A DNA stretch of 64,000 bases from the human T2T-CHM13v2.0 reference genome, Homo sapiens: NCBI RefSeq assembly GCF_009914755.1, contig NC_060925.1. One strand, 5' to 3'. A model generated the notes under the pieces. That model had not been told where the DNA came from. It searched no databases and saw only the letters and a list, made by a program, of their open reading frames with translations. Positions 58,457 to 64,000 of this stretch are shown here, one piece after another. Each line of letters starts with the position of its first letter. Position 1 is the stretch's first letter. A program made the translations under genes and the position numbers.

Positions 58457-61400
58457 ATTGAGACCTTTTCCCCTGTGTCAAGGTCTTGAAGACATTTTTC
58501 TATTTTGTCTTCTAGAATATTTATTCTTTTGTCTTTCACATGTAGATCTATAATCTACCTGGAATTGTTGTTTGTGTATGGTGGGAGATAATAATTTTTA
58601 TTTTTCCATATGGAGACACAGCACTACTTCTTAAAAAAAATCCTATTTTTTGTTTCTGAATGTGTTATAAAATGCATTGATTTTTATATTGACCTATGTT
58701 AGTTAACTGTTGCTGCTAAAACTACTCCAAAACTAAGTGACTTAAAACAACAATAATAATTTTTTTATTTCAAGATGTCTGTTGGTGAGTTACTCAGACA
58801 AGACATGATGAGGGCAGCTCATCCCTGTTCCATGTTATCTGGGGGCTCAGCTGGAAGAATCAAAGGCTAGGAAGGAATTATCTGAAGGCTAGCCCATTCA
58901 TATGTCTAGTTATTCATGCTGCCTAGCATCTTGGAGCCTAGCTGGGACTGTGGACTAACATATGGCGTCCTCATAAGACCTGGATCTCAAAAGCAAGTAT
59001 CCTGAGAGAGAGCTAAGAAGCTGTATTGATGTTTATAAAATAGCCTCAAAAGTCACACAGCATCCTTCCACTGCATTCCAGTGACTGAGGCAATTGCCAA
59101 GGTCCACTTAGGTTCAAGAAGAAGGACCATAGACTCCATCACTCAATGGAGAAATATCAATGTCACATGCTAGAAGATCTTATGGGGTGGGGCATATATA
59201 GGTGTGAATTAAATTCTTTTATTCATTCTAATAATTTATCTATAGATTATTTTAGATGTTCTACATCTGAATGTTCATAACCTTTATAAAGAATGACCAT
59301 TTATTTTCTCTTTTTAATCCTCATGCCCTTCATTTGCATTTTTTGTCTTATTACACTGGCTAGGACCTGTAAAATTTTGAACAGTAACGGCGATGCAGTC
59401 ATCCTTATTTTATTGTTGATCTCAAAGGGAAACTGTAACATTTCACTATTAAGAATGATCTTTGCTATTTTTTTAACTATGTACTTTTTAAAAAAGTAAG
59501 AAATATCCTTTCATAGTTTACTGAGTTTTTTTTTAAGATCATGGATAGATACTGAATTTTATCAGAGATTTTTCTTGAACTATTGAGACAATTATATAAT
59601 TTTTCTTTTTTAGTTGATTGATTTGAAAACCAATCAACTTGTATTTCCAAAATAAACATAACTTGATGGGGATATAGTATCCCTTTTATATATTGCTGAA
59701 TTTTGCCTGCTGATTTTTTTAGGACCTATTGCACTTATAGGAGATGATTAGCTTGTGATTTTTTTTCCTTTCTTTAATGTCCTTATTAGACTTTGCTATT
59801 AATGTTATGCTAGCCTTATCAAATGAGTTGAGATTGTTCCCTTTCCTATTCTCTCAAATAGTTTATGTAAACCTGGCATTATTTCTTACTTAAACATTTA
59901 ACAGGACTCACCAGTGAAGCCATTTGGACCTGAAATTTTTTAATGAAAATATTTTTAATGATGGACTCAATTTCCTAGTGGTTACAGAATTATTCAGGTT
60001 TTCCATTTATTTTAGCATAAAATCTGGTATTTGTATTTTGTTAATAATGTATCCTTTTCACATACATTTTTAATGTATTGATAAAAAATAAGTTGTTCAT
60101 AATGTTCATATGAGATTTTAATGACTGTCAGTTCTGTACTAATGTCACCTTTTTCCTTCCAATATTGAAATTTGTGTTATCCCTCTTTTTGTCTTTATCA
60201 GTCTCACCAAAATTTATTAATCATAAAAACATCTTTTGACTTTGTTGCTCCTTTCTTTTGCTGTTTCACTAGTTTCTGTTTCTTTATTGTTTTCTTCTTT
60301 CTACTTTCTTTAGCTTAAATTTGTTGTTGTTCCTCTAAATTCTTGAGATAGATGACAAGTTTATTTACTTTGAGACTGTCTTCTTTTCTACTGTATGTAT
60401 TTAAGGGCAAAAAATGTCCTCCAAACACTGCTTTAGCAGGGTACCACATGTTTTGATATGTAGTATTTTCTTTATCATTTAATTCAAAACATTTGTTAAT
60501 TTCCATTGTGATTTTTAAATATTTGACCCAGGGGTATTCAGAAATATATTTCTTAATTTACAACATACAGGGATTTTTCAACTTAACATTTTGTAATTGA
60601 TTTTTTGCTTTAATTGCACTGTCATTATAGAACACCTTATTATTTTAATCTTTAAGTCTTGCTTCAGGACCCAAAATATAGTCAATTCTTAAAAGTGTAG
60701 GCTCGTAAAGAACGTATAGTGTTATATAGCTGTCCTTTAGATATATTTTCTTAATACAGTTTTCAAATTTTCTATAATTTTATTGTACTTTTTCTTTTTT
60801 TTTTTCTTTGTCTGTTATTGTAGCAGTCACTGAGAAATATATGTTAAAAACCTCCAGTGAAGACTGTGGATTTCTCTATTCTCCTTGCAGTTTTGTTAAT
60901 TCTGTCTGATATTTTAATACTTACGTTAATAGGTGCATACAAATTTAAAATTATTTCTTCATGGTAAGTTGAAACTTATTGAGCCTGCCTCTTTTTATCA
61001 CTAATAATGTTTTGACTTAAAGTTCACTTTTGCTAATATAGCTGCATCAGGTTTCTTTTGGTTGTTTACATGGTAGATATTTACCATCATGTAATTTTAA
61101 TCTTTTCACAGCCTCACTTTTTATATTTTATTCTTATATTTTATATTATCTCATGTAAACATCATATGTTTAAGTTTTTAAACCAAACTAATAATCTCTG
61201 TATATTAAAGCATTTAGTCCATTTACTTTTAATGTTGTTAGTGATCAGATTGGGTCTTAATATTTGTTATCTCATTGTCATTCCTCTTCTGTGTTCTTTT
61301 ATTGCTCCTTTTTTGCCATCATTTGGATTGACCATTTTTTATTATTTGCCTTTCTTTCCTGTGTATCCATCAAAGTCCAATCAGGAAACAGAAATCATAC

Positions 61401-62200
61401 AGCCATTTGAATTGGCAAAGTTTAATATAAAGATATATTAACTATAACAGAAGATTGAAGTAATATGGGATTTGCTAATAAGTTAAGAGAATGCTAAATT
61501 ATACAGGAGTCAGATATAGATACAAGATAAAATGCAGTACCAATAAAAGGGAGGAGCCACTACCCTAGGGCTGTGAGAGTAAACAATAAAGGAATAAATC
61601 TGAAGGACCCCTCTCCTTCACCAGGCTGAGATTCAAACCTCATTGGAGAGGGCATGACCACAGCCCACTAGACAGTGGAGATGACCTGAGGTCTCACTGG
61701 TGGAACTGGGAAGCCACCCTCTAGGGTGTAGATGAAGCATTTCTTTGTGTGGAAAACCACACACTGGGGTGGTAGGGTAAGGTGTCCATGAGGAAGTTCT
61801 GTGGGATACAAGAGTCAACCAGGTAGAGCATACCAGAACCAGGAAGAGCCCCTTCCTCCTCCAGCATCTCTCCCACACCCTCTACTGATGAAGCTTACCA
61901 TCATGCCAACTGGCAAGAGAGAAATGATCAGTACCTCAAGCAGGGCAATAAAATGCGGATTTGGAGACGAGGAGCAACAAATTGGTAATGGACACATCCT
62001 CTGATAGCTTTTCACTATTTTACTTCTTTTTGGTGGTTACTTTAGAAATTATAATAGGCATCCTTGAATTAGCAATGTCTAATATTTCTTGTTGCTTTTA
62101 ACCTCTTCTGGCATGGAGCAAGGACCTTAAAACAGTTTAATTCCATTTACTTGATTCTGGTTTATATGCTACTTTTGTGACGTGTATTAATTATCTGCTA
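58070..62200 (-). mobile_element. Old L1M antisense remnant with nested MLT1 (~58700-59200) and an LTR (~61360-62000)
   Basis: ORF2-like peptide EINKCFELNDKENTTYQNMW..AKAV at 60315-60506 (-); T-rich antisense L1 composition. Confidence 0.65.
58374..58452. repeat. (CT)n(GT)n compound microsatellite
   Basis: TC run followed by about 23 TG units. Confidence 0.95.
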
Positions 62201-64000
62201 AGTATACATTTGTGCATATCCATGATGATTTTCTTAAGATAAGTCTTAGAAGAAAAGTTGTAAATTCTAAGGTTTTTCCTGTATAGTACCATCCCTGTCT
62301 TCAGAAATATACAGATTTACAACCCACTAGCAACTGCGGGAGCCTCTATTTATCACCTTGACATAACTTGTTAAAATTTTCTAAATTTCTCATTGCATTG
62401 GTGAAAATTATCTATCAGCATTTCAATTTTCATTTCATCAGTTGCTTGAGACATTATGAATTTTTACTCATACAACTGCCTTTCTGTGTTCCCTTTTGTT
62501 GTATTTGTGTTTGAGTGAATTTCCTGTCCTCTCCTCTTTTTTTAATTTCTTGTCTCTCTCTTTTTATTGATCAATGTGGGGCTTAAGATCAGTAATGGAA
62601 TAACATCCTCCTTTTTCCTCTCTGAAATCCTAAACCAAGAGAGAAAATAGACAAAGACTCAAAATATAGAAATCAAATTATCAGCTTTCTTACTAATGAA
62701 GATAATGTTGAGGAAGCCAAATAGATTTCCTAAAAGTTCACTTCTGAATTAATCAGACTTACCACCAGTCCCTCTCCCCCAGGCTCAGGCATAAACTGTG
62801 GGCCTCTTAATTCAGAAGACAGTTAAGTCTGTCATATGGAGAAGAAGAGACCAGAGTACCCCAGCTGTGGGGGCTTATCTAAAATGGAAAAGAACCCAGA
62901 AGAGGCTAAAACACACATGCTCACAGGGCCCCCAACCAGCACAAATGGCAAGTTTGTAGAAAGAAGTACCTGCTACACGTGGATCCAGGCCCTGAGGCTT
63001 GGAGACACCAACATCTTTGTTGGAATCAACCCTTTCCTCCAGATAAATACTAGCTCTTTTCCAGGACACAAGGCCTGCAGATTCAGCTGAGTTTCAGCCC
63101 CACTTACAGGGACAGATGCACAGCCCTGAGCAAGTGGCAGCCCTGCATCACAATTCTTTCTCTCAATCTCCCCAAAGGTTTCAGAATGTACTAGTGGATA
63201 TTCCCTTCACTTTTCTACTAAATAGTTGAAAATTCTACCTTAGTAACCAATGTCAGGATTCGGGGAGGAGGAGAAAAGGGTCCCCCCTACATAAAAGATC
63301 TTGATACATTAAGGATATCAAGTCATTGCCCATTATACAGTTTATTTTTTTCTTCTGATTTATCATTTGCCATCCAGTTTTTATGTGATGTTTTATATGG
63401 ATATATTAGATACTTAGCATTTTAATAGAAAGTTTAAAGATAATACAGAATTCATTAGGAACATAAATAAAACCTAACATTCTCAATTGAATAAGGCAAT
63501 TCAGTTTTGTTTTAAACTATATGCATGCTGTGTCTACTTCGCTTGAGAACTCTTTTGGAATATCGGATTTACAAATACCTTTAATTTTGCCACATCCTAA
63601 GCAGTAATATATTTAATTATAATAGTATATTTTATCATCTCTCATATGTTAGTGATGCTGCATAGCTCTGTTCTCCAAAAAAGTACAAGACACTTTATTT
63701 ACAAGAAATTCTCCCAATGCTTTAGATTTTCTCTCGGTTTTTCTTCTTTCTTGAGAGGAGCATACTCCTTTCGATAACCTCTCTGAGGATCCAAGATATT
63801 TTTATAGACTATCGATAGTTCTCTTAATGACTTGTCAATTTTCATTACTCATGGAAAGTGTATCTTCTCTCTTCGTATATTACACACACTTTTATAAAAT
63901 GGCCAAGCTCATTCCTTATTTGGAACTGTCTAGTCACTTAGTTTTAGGTATACTTATTGTATGTAAATAGTAATATTTGAATTTTGTGTTTAGAGCCCAG

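Overview
AT-rich primate (most likely human) genomic DNA that looks intergenic or deep-intronic and is dominated by transposable-element remnants. These include Alu (Y/S/J), primate L1PA copies (one 5'-intact but 3'-deleted, one twin-priming 5'-inverted, one long L1PA16-like), older L1M, L2 and MIR, MaLR/ERV solo LTRs (MLT1, MSTA, THE1, MER21, MER61, LTR16) and DNA transposons (HSMAR2 x2, Tigger1, MER44, MER5A). I recognise no protein-coding gene. The recognisable ORFs in the track are L1, Alu or mariner-transposase fragments; the rest are short ORFs I cannot assign. There is one U13 snoRNA retropseudogene. The most notable non-standard structure is three locally templated insertions (158 bp, ~31 bp patchwork, 20 bp). 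Each is copied in direct orientation from 1.1-3.0 kb upstream into an old repeat. Also notable are a fold-back inversion inside the U13 retrocopy, a perfect 3x44-bp tandem repeat and a few candidate non-coding exons and CTCF motifs. Subfamily calls come from recalled consensus features, not an alignment run. I see no evidence for a novel gene system.
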